Positions 1 through 11,550 of a stretch of DNA of 64,000 nt are shown piece by piece. The notes under the pieces are model-generated. The model saw only the letters and a list, made by a program, of their open reading frames with translations, did not search any database and was not told the origin of the DNA. Source of the DNA: Eledone cirrhosa (lineage: Eukaryota); contig OZ024741.1 of assembly GCA_964016885.1 (NCBI GenBank), positions 188,914,001 through 188,978,000 of the forward strand, read 5' to 3'. The translations under genes and the position numbers were made by a program. Positions within the stretch are counted from its first letter, which is position 1. The number at the start of each line of letters is the position of its first letter.

Positions 1-600
1 ATCTTGGAAAAAGGCCTCAACACAAACCAAAAATGAAGTTCAGGTACAGCATGAAGAACAACCTCAAAGATCTGGCATTTGATGTAGACAACTGGGAGGA
101 GATAGCTCTAAACAGGACTGAGTGGAGAAAGCGCATAAAGGGCAGTTGCAAAACTTTTGAGGAATGTCGTCTCTAGAACATAAACAACTGAAGTGTCAGC
201 TCTGGAAGGGCTGTGCTCACAGTCTTGATGAAGTCATCAGTAGTTGGACATGGAAATGCTGTCAACGTGTACCCCTCACAAAGGTTGGTTATGTTAATCA
301 CCTGAAGTCACATGAAAGGATAACCACCCGCAACATCACTCAACAAAGACCTGGTGAAACAACATGCAAATGTGTAGAACTAGTTCCAGACTAAAAAAAA
401 CACATGGTGGTACATTAAGATTGTGTCCCACAGGGAGACCCCACCGCTCCTGTGCAAAGCACAACTCTCTTCTGTCACCTGTGTCTTAAACCATGCAGAT
501 CTGCAGCTGGTCTATAAAGTCATCTATGAAGTCATGGACGCAGATGGGATGATAATGGAAAATCAATAAGAGACAGCAATCATCTGTGAAGATGCTGCAA
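1..600 (+). mobile_element. Decayed 3' end of an RTE/BovB-like LINE ORF with C2H2 zinc-finger remnants
   Basis: Frameshifted translation gives RPQHKPKMKFRYSMKNNLKDLAFDVDNWEEIALNRTEWRKRIK (RTE C-terminal GRP...W...R..WR pattern), then C..R....GYVNHLKSH and CHLCLKPCRSAAGL*SH. A (TATG)-like tail follows. Confidence 0.65.
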
Positions 601-1015
601 TCCTCAAGTATGTATGTGTATGTAGGTCGGTTGGTATATAAGTATGTACATATGTCTAAGTATGTAATGTGTTGGACCACCATCATTTCCAACAACAAGT
701 GTTCCATTTGTTTGACCAACAGAAAAACCTGATCATTAAATTAACATACAAGTAGCTGAGCATTTCACCGACATGTGCACCCTTAACATAGTTCTCAGGC
801 AGATTCAGCATGTCACAAAATGTGACAAGGTTTGTCCTTTGAACCACAGTTACTACTAATTTTTCCCAGTTAAGTGAAATGGAGCAAGGTGAAATAAAGT
901 GTCTTGCTCAAAGACAAAATGCACCATCAGAAATCAAACTTAGGTCCTTACATTTGTGAGTCAAATATCCTAACAACTAAGTCACGTGCCTTCAGATGTA
1001 TGTAGAGTTTATCTC

Positions 1016-1237
1016 TTTAACATTTACATTACTCTACTGTTATACTTTCATAATAAAGTCTTTATCTTACATAATAGTCTCACATAATATGGAATGTACA
1101 AGGTTTTGATGTTGATATTATTTATTTTGAGAACAATACCTTAATGTTAGTATGAGTGGCCAGTTATGGCCAGTTTGAACAGAAAGAGGTGAGATAATTC
1201 TGGTTGGATATGGCCGGTTTAACTGCTAAAAGGTTAA
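1016..1237. mobile_element. piggyBac-type MITE (about 220 bp family)
   Basis: Ends in GCTAAAAGG-TTAA; internal sequence is shared with the copies at 41829, 43773, 49139 and 58476. Confidence 0.6.
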
Positions 1238-1528
1238 AACAATGATGTAAAATTATTTGTGTTTTGTGCAAAAATTGGTGTAAATAACTGCAGTATTCAG
1301 AAGTGTATAGCAGAACAAAATACTGGGTTGATAGGATATAATCAAAGATCATTGTTTAACCAGATTGTACCAACTAGAAAGACTAAACATTTGGTTTTTG
1401 AGATGGTTTGGTACTCATTAAAAGAATAGTTGTCAATCTGTTTGGTATGCTAAATCTCTTTGATATTTTATATCAATAAATCTTGAAAACTTTGATATTT
1501 TGCATATATTATGATTATTATATTGCAG

Positions 1529-1637
1529 TTGGTATCCATCAATAATAAACATATTTAAAAATAGTAATACAGTGAAGATGAAAGGAACTAAGCTGGACTC
1601 CTTCTACACATCTATCACCACCATTCTGTCAAATGAG
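1529..1637 (+). CDS. DNAH12: Axonemal dynein heavy chain (DNAH12-like), internal exon 1 of window
   Basis: ttgcag|...GAG|gtaaga. Encodes WYPSIINIFKNSNTVKMKGTKLDSFYTSITTILSNE, resembling DNAH12 WYPKVINLF...KLDAFYSCVSTLMSNQ (from memory). Ends in phase 0, in frame with the next exon. Confidence 0.85.
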
Positions 1638-3539
1638 GTAAGAAGTTTCTTTTTAATATTATTATTATACAGGCATAACTATGTGGCTAAGAAGTTTGCT
1701 TAGCAATCATGTGGTTTTGGGTTCACCTTGAGTTGACTAGTAAATTACCAGTCATGTAATGTGATTGATTTAATTGGCTTTCATCTTCTCCATCCCAAAT
1801 ATGTTTTATTTAGAAATCATTGTTAGAGGGTTGGATTGGCAGACTGATTAGAGCTTTGGACAAAATGCTTTTACATTCTGTGTTCAAATCCCACCGATGC
1901 CAACTTTGCCTTTCATCTTTCTGGGGTCAATGAAATAATGTACCAGCCAAGTACCAGAGTTGATTTAATCAACTTTCCCCTTCTGCCAAATTACTGATCC
2001 TATGCCAATGTTAGAAGCAATTATTAAATGTTGCACTAAACTGGTGCCATGAAAAAGTAAATTTTACTAGGATTACTTAATAAAAATCTTTTTTTACTAA
2101 AATCTTTTAAATTTTAGATGATATTCAAAGTTTATTGAGACATATTCAATGTATTTTGTGAAAAATATGGTCAGGAAAGGGTTAAGCATACACTTGTAAA
2201 TGTATTAGCAATTTATCTACACACATGAGCAGGGTGACCAGATGTTCTCTTGTAGGTGCTCTGCAATGGGATAAAACCCCAAACGATGTGGTTGCAAAGT
2301 GAATTTCTTGACCATACAGCCTTGCATCCACCAACCACACACTCACATAGAGGTACATGTACACACACACACACACACACACTCTTGATGTCATTCTGAT
2401 ACAACCTAAGAAACACTGTCTATTACAACTAATTCATATAGTAAAAGAAAGAAATCAATGAAAGAGAGAGGAACAGAAAGAAAAAAAATGTTGCAGAGTT
2501 GTGATAGAAGCCATTACCATAACCATAGCTACCAGATTGTACAGTATTATATCCTAACTAGTGACAATATAGACTTGTCTGGAACCACCTCATTCTCTGG
2601 TGATAGTTCCATAGCAAATTATCTTTCACTATACTGACAGCGTTCAATCAAATTATCAGACCAGACAGATTCCACTTGATATTAACAGAACCTACATACT
2701 ATAATACAAACCATTTCTCATAATGGCATTATCACTTGGATTTAAACTGTCATCCAGTTTAACACTACCTCATGGTCCTTGGGTGCTTTTAATGTTTACT
2801 TTGTTGCAAGCATTTGGGATATGTCTCTGGTCTGAAGATAACTCCGCTCATCGTTCTATCAGACATGCAGACTCTGAAAATCGATTTGGGCATGGTTCAC
2901 CCTCTTCTGTTGAAGCAATAAGCTATAAAATAAATATTTATGTAAATTAAATCTGATTGTAAGATAAAATAGCCCCCCCCCCCCTCCTCATCTCACTCAT
3001 CATTGTCGGTAATAAGGGTTCTGTTTGTTTAGTTGATAATAGCCTACTCATAGATTAACGTGTAAGTTACTAAATATGTATCCCCTTAACTCTAACAGAA
3101 AATATCTGAAAAAAAAATCTAAAAATAAATTTAATTCAAATATTTATAGTACATTTACTATTGAAAAGTTTGCTCTATTAAAGTAAACATTTCAATTTTT
3201 AATGTAATGCTGTCATAGTGTCATAGTGCTGTTTTATACTTTTGAAGAATGCCTTGCTAATGTAGTTTCATGTGGTATAGGATATTAAGAGTTAAATTAA
3301 TTCTCAGGAAGATTCAGCATGACACTTGTTTAAAAGCTGAACCTTTGAATTACATGTACAGTTCGAGTTTGTATAATATTGTAAGTGGCTGAGTATTCCA
3401 TAGGCAAGTATACCTATAATGTAATTTTCATGGAGATTCAACATGACTCATTGTGTATAAGGCTGGACCTTATACAGTCTAACTAGTATAATAATGTGAA
3501 TATCTAATTATTCAGCAGACAAGTGTACCTTCATCATAA

Positions 3540-4595
3540 TACATAATAGCTTCATCATCCTGGCTGGTGACTTCAATGGACATGTTGGGCAGCACCAGGG
3601 TGGTTACTTTGGAGTTCTCAGTGGATATGGATATAGCATAAGAACCATAGATTGAGCATGTTTCCCAGAATTCCGTGAAGCAAATGATCTAACTATCTAC
3701 AACATTAACTTCAGAAAATCAACAAGCTATTTGATCACCTACAATTTAGGATGCCAGGATGACTTCATACTTATCAGAAAATGAAATAGACAGATGGTTG
3801 TGAATACTAAGTCTTTTCCCAGAGAAGTATGTATCAACTAACATAGATTAGTTGTTAGCAATATTAGTGTAAGAACTAGATAGACTCAGGAAAACAGGAC
3901 AATCTGGAGAAGAGTGTGGAAACTATAATATCTCTCTGTTAAATATAGGTTCAGAAAGGTATAATGTGATACTTATATAAAAAATTGGAGATAGATATCT
4001 ATGATGTAGAGACTAACTGGAAGACAACCTATTGTAGGTCACTGATGAGTAAGGTTTGAATAAGGTACCAACCACACAAAAAATGACAAAGATGCTTTCA
4101 GAGATATAAAAAAAAGAGGAAAGCTGCTAGAGCAGCAGAGATAGTTCTTTAGTTGCTTAAAATATCCAGTGAAGTAGGGCTTCAGCTGGTCACTCACATA
4201 GTCAATCAGGTACAGCATGAGGGTGTCATACCCAATACTGGCATAGCAGTATAATCGTTAATTGCTACAAGGTAAAAGGTGATGCTTTAGAAAATAGCAA
4301 TTATAGATGCATCAAACTGATGGATTGTTATGATAGTAGCCAAAAGAGTTTTAGCAAAACTGATTGAGAAAGTAATCAGATTAGATGAGATGCAGTTTGG
4401 ATTTATGCCAGGATGGAATACCACCAATGTTCTCTTCTTAGTGAGACAACTATAAGAACAGTTCCTAGCTAAGTGTAAACCACTATATTTAGCTTTCATT
4501 GATCTGGAGAAAGTATTTGTTAGAACACCATGACCTGTGGTCTGATGGTATTTAGAAAACTTGGGGTAAATGAATGGCTTTAAAGAGCAGTGCAT
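3540..4595 (+). mobile_element. Old degenerate RTE LINE fragment (APE to RT)
   Basis: Remnants of ILAGDFNGHVG, NCYKG..DAL and LDEMQFGFMPG..TT..LFLVRQL...YLAFIDLEK that match the intact RTE at 11691; many stops and frameshifts. Confidence 0.8.
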
Positions 4596-4600
4596 TTATT

Positions 4601-4850
4601 GAACCTCTCTTTCATTGACTCAGTAAAGATAGAACCTCTACATTATTGGCTCACTAATGATAAAACCTCTACATTATTGACTCAGCTATGATAGAACCTC
4701 TATACCATTGACTCACCTATGATAAAACCTCAACATCATTGACTCACCTATGATAAAACCATCATAAAAACATCATTGGCTTAGTAAAGACAGAACTTCA
4801 ATATCATTAGCTCACATATGATAGTACCTCTATATCATTAACTTGCTTAT
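4601..4850. repeat. 31-bp minisatellite, about 8 diverged copies
   Basis: Unit approximates GAACCTCTACATTATTGACTCAGCTATGATA, repeated in tandem. Confidence 0.8.
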
Positions 4851-5299
4851 GTAAGCTAATTAAAATTAATTGATACACTGGTTATCTTTTCATTTATGAA
4901 AGTGCTCAATAACCATGACTTCATCTTTTTTTTATACTAAACTTGCCAGAAACTGGCCTGGATTATGATGCAAAACTCCCTATTTTATAATACTCCTATT
5001 AAAACCTTCCAACAAAAATTTTCTAAAGAAATTTTTAAGGTCCAATCATCAGCTTAATAATGGTTTCTGATTTAAGAACAAGGTCAGCAATTTTGGAGAA
5101 GTGGAATGTCGATTAAATCGTCCTCATTGCATTATCAGTGCTTTATTTTATTGATCCTGTAAGGATTAGAGCAATGGTAACCTCGGTGGGATTTGAGCTC
5201 AGAATGTAAAGGGCTATAACTCTATGCTGCAAAGCATGTTGTCCAATGATCTAACAATTCTCCCTATCTTAATAATTGTTTCTACGTTAGGCACAATAA

Positions 5300-5480
5300 T
5301 TGTTTCTACTTTAGGCACAAGGCCAGCAAATACCCAGTGCATTACTGGTACTTTATTTTATCGACCCCGTAAGGATGAAAGGCAAAGTTAACCTCGGCGG
5401 GATTTGAACTCAGACCGAAAAGGGACGTAACTATGCTAGAAAACATGGCGTCCAACCCGATACTGCCAATTCACCGCCCT
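5300..5480 (-). mobile_element. tRNA-headed SINE family A with TSD
   Basis: Flanked by the direct repeat TACGTTAGGCACAATAAT. Reverse strand carries A-box/B-box-like motifs and the GCCTTTCATCCTTACGGGGTCGATAAA core. Confidence 0.85.
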
Positions 5481-5644
5481 TACGTTAGGCACAATAATGA
5501 AAAGGTTAATTATTTTATTAAATTTTTCCAAATTTCTGATGATTTTCAACATTTAAAAAAATAGATAGGTAGTGTATTCCATTAGAAATACAGTAATGAA
5601 TGGGTTAAATACAATTTGACAGTGATTGTTAAGAGCAGAAGAAA

Positions 5645-5685
5645 CAGTTGCTGATGAGAATATAATTGAAACTTTAGTCCAACTG
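5645..5685 (+). ncRNA. Minimal type-I hammerhead ribozyme-like motif
   Basis: cagttg-CTGATGA-gaatataatt-GAAA-ctttag-TC-caactg: 6-bp stem I, intact core, GUC triplet, weak stem II. Confidence 0.55.
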
Positions 5686-6159
5686 ATTCCTCTTCTATTC
5701 ACAATGAAGTTGTACAAACAGTTGTTTACAACTGACCAATGTATCTGATTTGTTTTAATTAGTTCATACAGATAAGCATCTGTGGTGATTTGCTTCACAA
5801 AATTGTGGTTTTGTGTTCAGTTTAACTGCACACCACCTTGAACAAGTGCCTTCTACTATAACACCAACTTCACTAATGTATTGTAAGTAAAGTTTGGTTG
5901 ACAGAAAAGGGGCAGAAGTTCATTGTATATATGTGTGTTTGTGTTGATATGCATTTGTGTGCATTCATATATATGTTTATGTCCACACTGCTTAACAGCT
6001 AGTGATGTTTGTTTATGTACTATAACTTAGTAGTTCAGCAAATAGAAATCGATAAAATAAGTACCAGACTTTATAAAAAGTACTAGAGTGTGATATGGTC
6101 AACTAAATTCTTGAATGATTGAAATCACTAAAAGAATTTCTTTTTAAAAATGCACATAG

Positions 6160-6530
6160 CGCAGGCAAGCTAAAATCTATACTTGTCCTTAGTATAACAA
6201 AAACCACCAAAAATATAGCACTTCAAACATGTCAGTAATTGATAAGATCAAAATGTTGCCGGCCCGTCTGAGGAAGGTGCCCCACAAGGTGGGGTGGCTG
6301 TTGCAGTGGGTGTTGCTGGCCATTGACTGCGGGAATGCTTTTGCGGTCTTGCCTGTGGGACGCAGTTCCATTACCACCATGCCCTAGGCCCAGAGCCCAA
6401 TCAACCTCACCCTCACCTATTCTTCTGTGACACTAGAGCCCTTGCCTTTCCCTTCCTTTTCCGTTTTTTATTTTTATTTTTATATTTTCTTATTTTACAT
6501 TCCATTCTTTCTTCTCAATTAACGAAATAA
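6160..6530 (+). mobile_element. Possible 3' fragment of a CRE-clade (restriction-like endonuclease) non-LTR retrotransposon
   Basis: GC-rich island. Frame 6253-6387 reads ...GWLLQWVLLAIDCGNAFAVL, resembling the WLxQRxSLAIQRGNAxxVL C-terminus of CRE-like ORFs. Followed by a T-rich UTR and AATAAA. Confidence 0.4.
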
Positions 6531-6587
6531 ACTTATTCTTATATTGTATTTAAATCATATCTATAATATAGAGCATGGAATATAACC

Positions 6588-7737
6588 TAGGTTGTTCAGA
6601 AGTTAATGCAGGTTTTAAAAATTTTAAATGTCTATCTCAGTCCAGAATAAACTTTATTGATCTAAATAAAAACCCTTAGAATCCACACACTTTTGCCAAC
6701 AGGATACAATTTTATTTATCCTAGTAACATAGAATTTTAAAGTTCTTGAAGTGATGAATTCTTCAAAGGCATTTTTTACAGTTGTTTGCTTGTTGAAGAC
6801 TTTTCTTTGTAAGAATTGGTCAAAATGCTTGAAAAAGTGGTAACTGGTTGGTGAACAATCCAATGATTGAGTATATTGGTTGAGGCAGAGTTTTGTAGCC
6901 CAATGTGATCTACTTCTGGAGCATTGGTTGTGTGAAGTGTGATTGAGCATTGTCATGCAAAATGATTGGACCCATTCTATTGGCCAAAGCTGTATATATA
7001 CTCATGCTGCAATTTTGCATAAATTTCATCCATTTTGTGATTATACTTCTCTGCCGTGATTGTTGCGCTAGGATTCAGAAAGCTGTAGAGGATTAATCCA
7101 GCTGCAGACCACCAAACAGTCACCATAACTTTTTTTTGCTGCAACTTAATTTATGGGAAGTATTTAGGGTCTCCATCTTGGTTTGAAAGCTGTGCTGAAA
7201 GTCATTGGTTGTTATATAAGATCCATTTTTCATCACATGTCACAATGCGATAAAAAAATGGGTTGCTTTTGTTGCATAATAACGATTTTTCTGGTTTTCA
7301 TTCAATTCACGTGACACCCTTTTGGTTCAAATGTTCAAAAGTTGTTTCAATGCTTACATGTAGCTCTCCTGCAAGCTGTCAAACAGTTGTGTGAGGATTT
7401 GCTTCAATCGAAGCCTTCAGCTGATCATTTTCAATAGTAGAAGGACATCTCCAACCTTCTTTAACTTCTAGTGTGAAATCACTCTAATGGAATTTTTGAA
7501 ACCAACATTGCACTGTGACTTCATTAACAGTTCCTTGACCCCAAACTTCATTAATATTTTTAGCCATTTGTGCTGCACTGCAGCTGAGTTTAAACTCAGA
7601 AATAAATTTGCCGAAAATCCTGTTAACTTCATGGATCTGAAAATTGACAAAAATGCGATTTATATAAAAAATTATTTACATGAAAAGGAAGAACAAAAAA
7701 TAACCTTAAAAATAATACATAATTTTGCACACCTTGC
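6588..7737 (-). mobile_element. Decayed Tc1/mariner (mariner, SETMAR-like transposase) element
   Basis: ORF 6654-6956 reads SLDCSPTSYHFFKHFDQFLQRKVF...WQKCVDSKGFY (YSPDLxPxDYHFF motif and mariner C-terminus). N-terminal HTH-region remnant at 7468-7650; degenerate TIR-like ends. Confidence 0.85.
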
Positions 7738-8147
7738 ATGAGTTTTTAGTCTTAAAAAAAATGCTGAAACATATATAGTACATAGATACTATACTACATA
7801 TATACTTAATATGCATTCTACATAGATTATCAAGATTGCTTGTGACAGTACATGTGATGTGCTAAGAAAATCTTGTGAAAATATCTAAGGAGTTGGTATC
7901 TATTTTTATCTTGCACATTGTATTTCCATAAGTATCTGAATTCTTCAATTCAAAAGGAAACAAGTGGCTTGCTATCATAATCTAATTAGATTCTGTTTAT
8001 CTACATATTTATATTATCTATATATCATATCTTTTTTGTCACCTTTGTTATGTATTTATGTATTTATTTTATTGACTGATTATATGGTGTGTGTAAAACT
8101 GGTGATTGAATGATAACAAGATGCACTGGATTTTGAATTGCTGTGTG

Positions 8148-8202
<55 letters not shown>

Positions 8203-8203
<1 letters not shown>

Positions 8204-8596
8204 GTATAATAAACAATACAATTACCTCATTACCAGAGATTTCCCGAATAAGACGAATACGAAAAACGTCCTCATTCGTTTGTCGAATAAGGCAATTTAA
8301 AACATAGTGAAATATTAAAAAAATCTCCTCAAGAAAGGCAAAAGTTTAACGGGCAAAAAAAAAATATAAATAAAAGTAGTGCAAGGGATATATAAAAAAA
8401 TAAGGAAATATAGTTAGGGTATGTGTATAAATGTGTGTATATTCACTCACAAATGTACATATGTGTGTATATACAAATGCATGTGCATCGTGAAAAATTA
8501 TGTGCGTAAGTACATATATGAGGGCAAGCATATCAGTGTATGTGTGACCACAAATACATATATAATATATGTTGAAAAAGGAATTGTAAGATAATA
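8203..8596. repeat. Third copy of a 394-bp segment (direct repeat of 9478-9871; inverted copy at about 15550-15943)
   Basis: Near-identical sequence and matching ORF translations (8346-8531 vs 9621-9974). Abuts a (TA)n tract. Confidence 0.9.
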
Positions 8597-8614
8597 TTAA
8601 ACCAATGTGTGCAT

Positions 8615-10804
8615 TGGAATGTAATAAATCAAATGCGAAGAAACTAGCCGAAATATGAAGAGACAGGTCAATACAGAAATGGGCAGAAAAAAAAAAATGG
8701 GGAATGTAATAGACAATGAATACAAAGGAATTCCAATCATCACCTAACAGCCTCTAAACTTTTTTTGGTAATCACACAATTGGGAAACGTACCTCAGAGT
8801 CCTTAGAACAAAAGGGTTGTGATGGATTCTGTACTTGTCTTCAATGTTTCATCCTGGTATCACAACCATTTTGTTCTTACCTGTTCATTATTTTATCCCA
8901 TTATTTATTTACAAGGGCGGTGGTTTGGCAGTATCGGTAGAGCGTCAGACACCATGCTTTGCAGCATAGAGTTATGGCCCTTTATGGTCAAATCCCGTCG
9001 AGGTTAACTTTGCCTTTCATCCCTATGGGGTCGATAAAATAAAGCACCAGTAATGCACTGGCGTAATTGCTGGCCTTGTGCCAAAAGTAGAAAACATTAT
9101 TTATTTACAATTTTGGTGACTGAACAACGAGAATCTTTATCTGTCTGTGCGACACCGACACATGTAGTATGTCTCACGTGTTGTTCATCTCTTCTGAACA
9201 ACACCTTCCTAATTTGAAAGTCTTGTGCTAGTATGACTCTAAGCTATGGCTTTCCATCTGTCTGCCTATTTAAAAACCATAAATTTAGAGGAATCAGCTG
9301 ATGATTAGAATTTCTCTTGTATTCCTTAAGTCTTTAATATTCCACATTTTTTCCATTCCTTCTTGTCTCTGTATTTCATCCCACTCATTTATATATATAG
9401 GTATGAAGTTTCCGTTGAAAATTGAAAAAGTCATAGGAGTGAAGAGTGTTCTATGTAAGTGCCAGAGCTAAATTTAGTGTATAATAAACAATACAATAAC
9501 CTCATTACCAGAGGTTTTCCGAATAAGACGAATACGAAAAACGTCCTCATTCGTTCGTCGAATAAGGCAATTTAAAGCATAGTGAAATATTTGAAAAATC
9601 TCCTCAAGAAAGGCAAAAGTTTAACAGGCAAAAAAAATATATAAATAAAAGTAGTGCAAGAGATATATAAAAAAATAAGGAAATATAGTTAGGGTATGTG
9701 TATAAATGTGTGTATATTCACTCACAAATGTACATATGTGTGTATATACAAATGCATGTGCATAGTGAAAAATTATGTGCGTAAGTACATATATGAGGGC
9801 AAGCATATCAGTGTATGTGTGACCACAAATATGTATATAATATATGTTGAAAAAGGAATTGTAAGATAATAGAGTTAACGTACATCCAGATACAAGTATT
9901 AAGGAATGAAATATACACACATACCAGTATGAAAGCACGCGTATAAACACACACACATGTGCGATCACACACATGCGAGTGATATATACAGGGAAGGGAG
10001 TATATCAGACAAAAGGGTGTCAGTCTGAGGCTCGATACATATAAAAATGAAACAATATAAGAGAATAAAAATGTTTAAATCAAAGAGAAAGTAAGAGGGA
10101 GGGGTTATCAATTATAAATTAACACTAGAAAAAAAGAAAACAAACATAGGTTCGTACGTATACACATATATATATATAAATATATTAATGAAAAAGAACA
10201 AAGGAACTATTATGACATTACAACAAGTTTATTGCCGACAGCCGTTTCGTCCGACCATATGGTGGGACTTTTATAGAGCTTAACTAGCTACCGTCGCATA
10301 TTTGGTAGGTCAGGCGTGATCATCGCGATTCACATACGACCTACCATACATCTTGCTTATATAAATATATATATATAAATACGTACAGACAAAAGCACAT
10401 ACAAACGTACATACATACAGAGGCGCGCATACATACACACGAAGCACATATATATATATATCAGCACATGTATATCTAATCACACCTACGTACGCGACTA
10501 TATATATATATACATATACACATATACATACACATACATATATATATACATGCATATACACATACATTCACCCATACACATACACACATATATATAAGTA
10601 TGTAAAAAACATAGATATAAAAACACACATACACACACATATATACACACACACGCACACATACGAAGGCGTTCGTATACATATACAGAACACATACACA
10701 CACATGCACGCTCACACGCATAGATACAAATTATAAACCAGCCGTATGAATAAATGAGTACAAATATAAAAGTGGCTGCGAAGCAACAGAATATATCTGG
10801 AGTT
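8615..10804. repeat. Left arm of large inverted duplication IR1
   Basis: Reverse complement of 11268-11550 plus 15120-16807. Identical ORF translations on opposite strands (8819-9007 + and 16415-16603 -). Confidence 0.95.
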
Positions 10805-11267
10805 ATATATCCAAGGTATCCAATATAAATTGGATTGGTCAATTTTGAACCAATCTAAAGAATATGCAAGAGGAACAAGAAGATGCACACTCTGCATAAG
10901 TGAAAAATATTGGATTTTACAGTATCTTAAATCACCAAAAACCTACCTAAATGCAAAAACAAAAATTTTCACCAGTTGCCCACACATGAAATCACACTTC
11001 CTTTCCAGCCCATGTAAACTTAACTCACTTTCAGATACTTATCCTCCATAAACTCTTGTTCTTCACTTTCCTTAAATTATCCTCTTTACAGACTTCTCTT
11101 TCTGATTTATTTTTAACTTTATTTTTATTTTTACATTTTACTTCACATCCACCAGTGACCCCCCCACCCCCACACTTTTTGATTCACTTACCTAATATCT
11201 TCACAATTCCACATTTTACTTCTCCATTTTCTTTCACTACCTGTTATCACATGTCACTTGCGTTTTC
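10805..11267 (+). mobile_element. Penelope-like element 3' fragment (GIY-YIG endonuclease C-terminus plus 3' UTR); spacer of IR1
   Basis: ORF 10830-11051 WSILNQSKEYARGTRRCTLCISEKYWIL...LNAKTKIFTSCPH matches the W.IL...Y.....C.LC..EK..I....LN.......C.H C-terminus typical of PLE ORFs. Confidence 0.8.
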
Positions 11268-11550
11268 AACTCCAGATATATTCTGTTGCTTCGCAGCCGC
11301 TTTTATATTTGTACTCATTTATTCATACGGCTGGTTTATAATTTGTATCTATGTGTGTGAGCGTGCATGTGTGTGTATGCATTCTGTATATGTATACAAA
11401 CGCCTCCGTATGTGTGCGTGTGTGTGTATATATGTGTGTTTTTATATCTATGTTTTTTACATACTTATATATACGTGTGTGTGTGTGTATGGGTGAATGT
11501 ATGTGTATATGCATGTATATATATATATATTTATGTGTGTATATGTATAT

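Noticed and set aside
2480-2950. Possible nested gene or exon (75-aa ORF; AG acceptor-like site on the minus strand near 2923)
   Set aside because: No recognisable protein similarity in any frame, early stops and no partner exon.
5553-5798. Hydrophobic 81-aa minus-strand ORF
   Set aside because: No motif or splice support; it overlaps the hammerhead-like repeat remnant.
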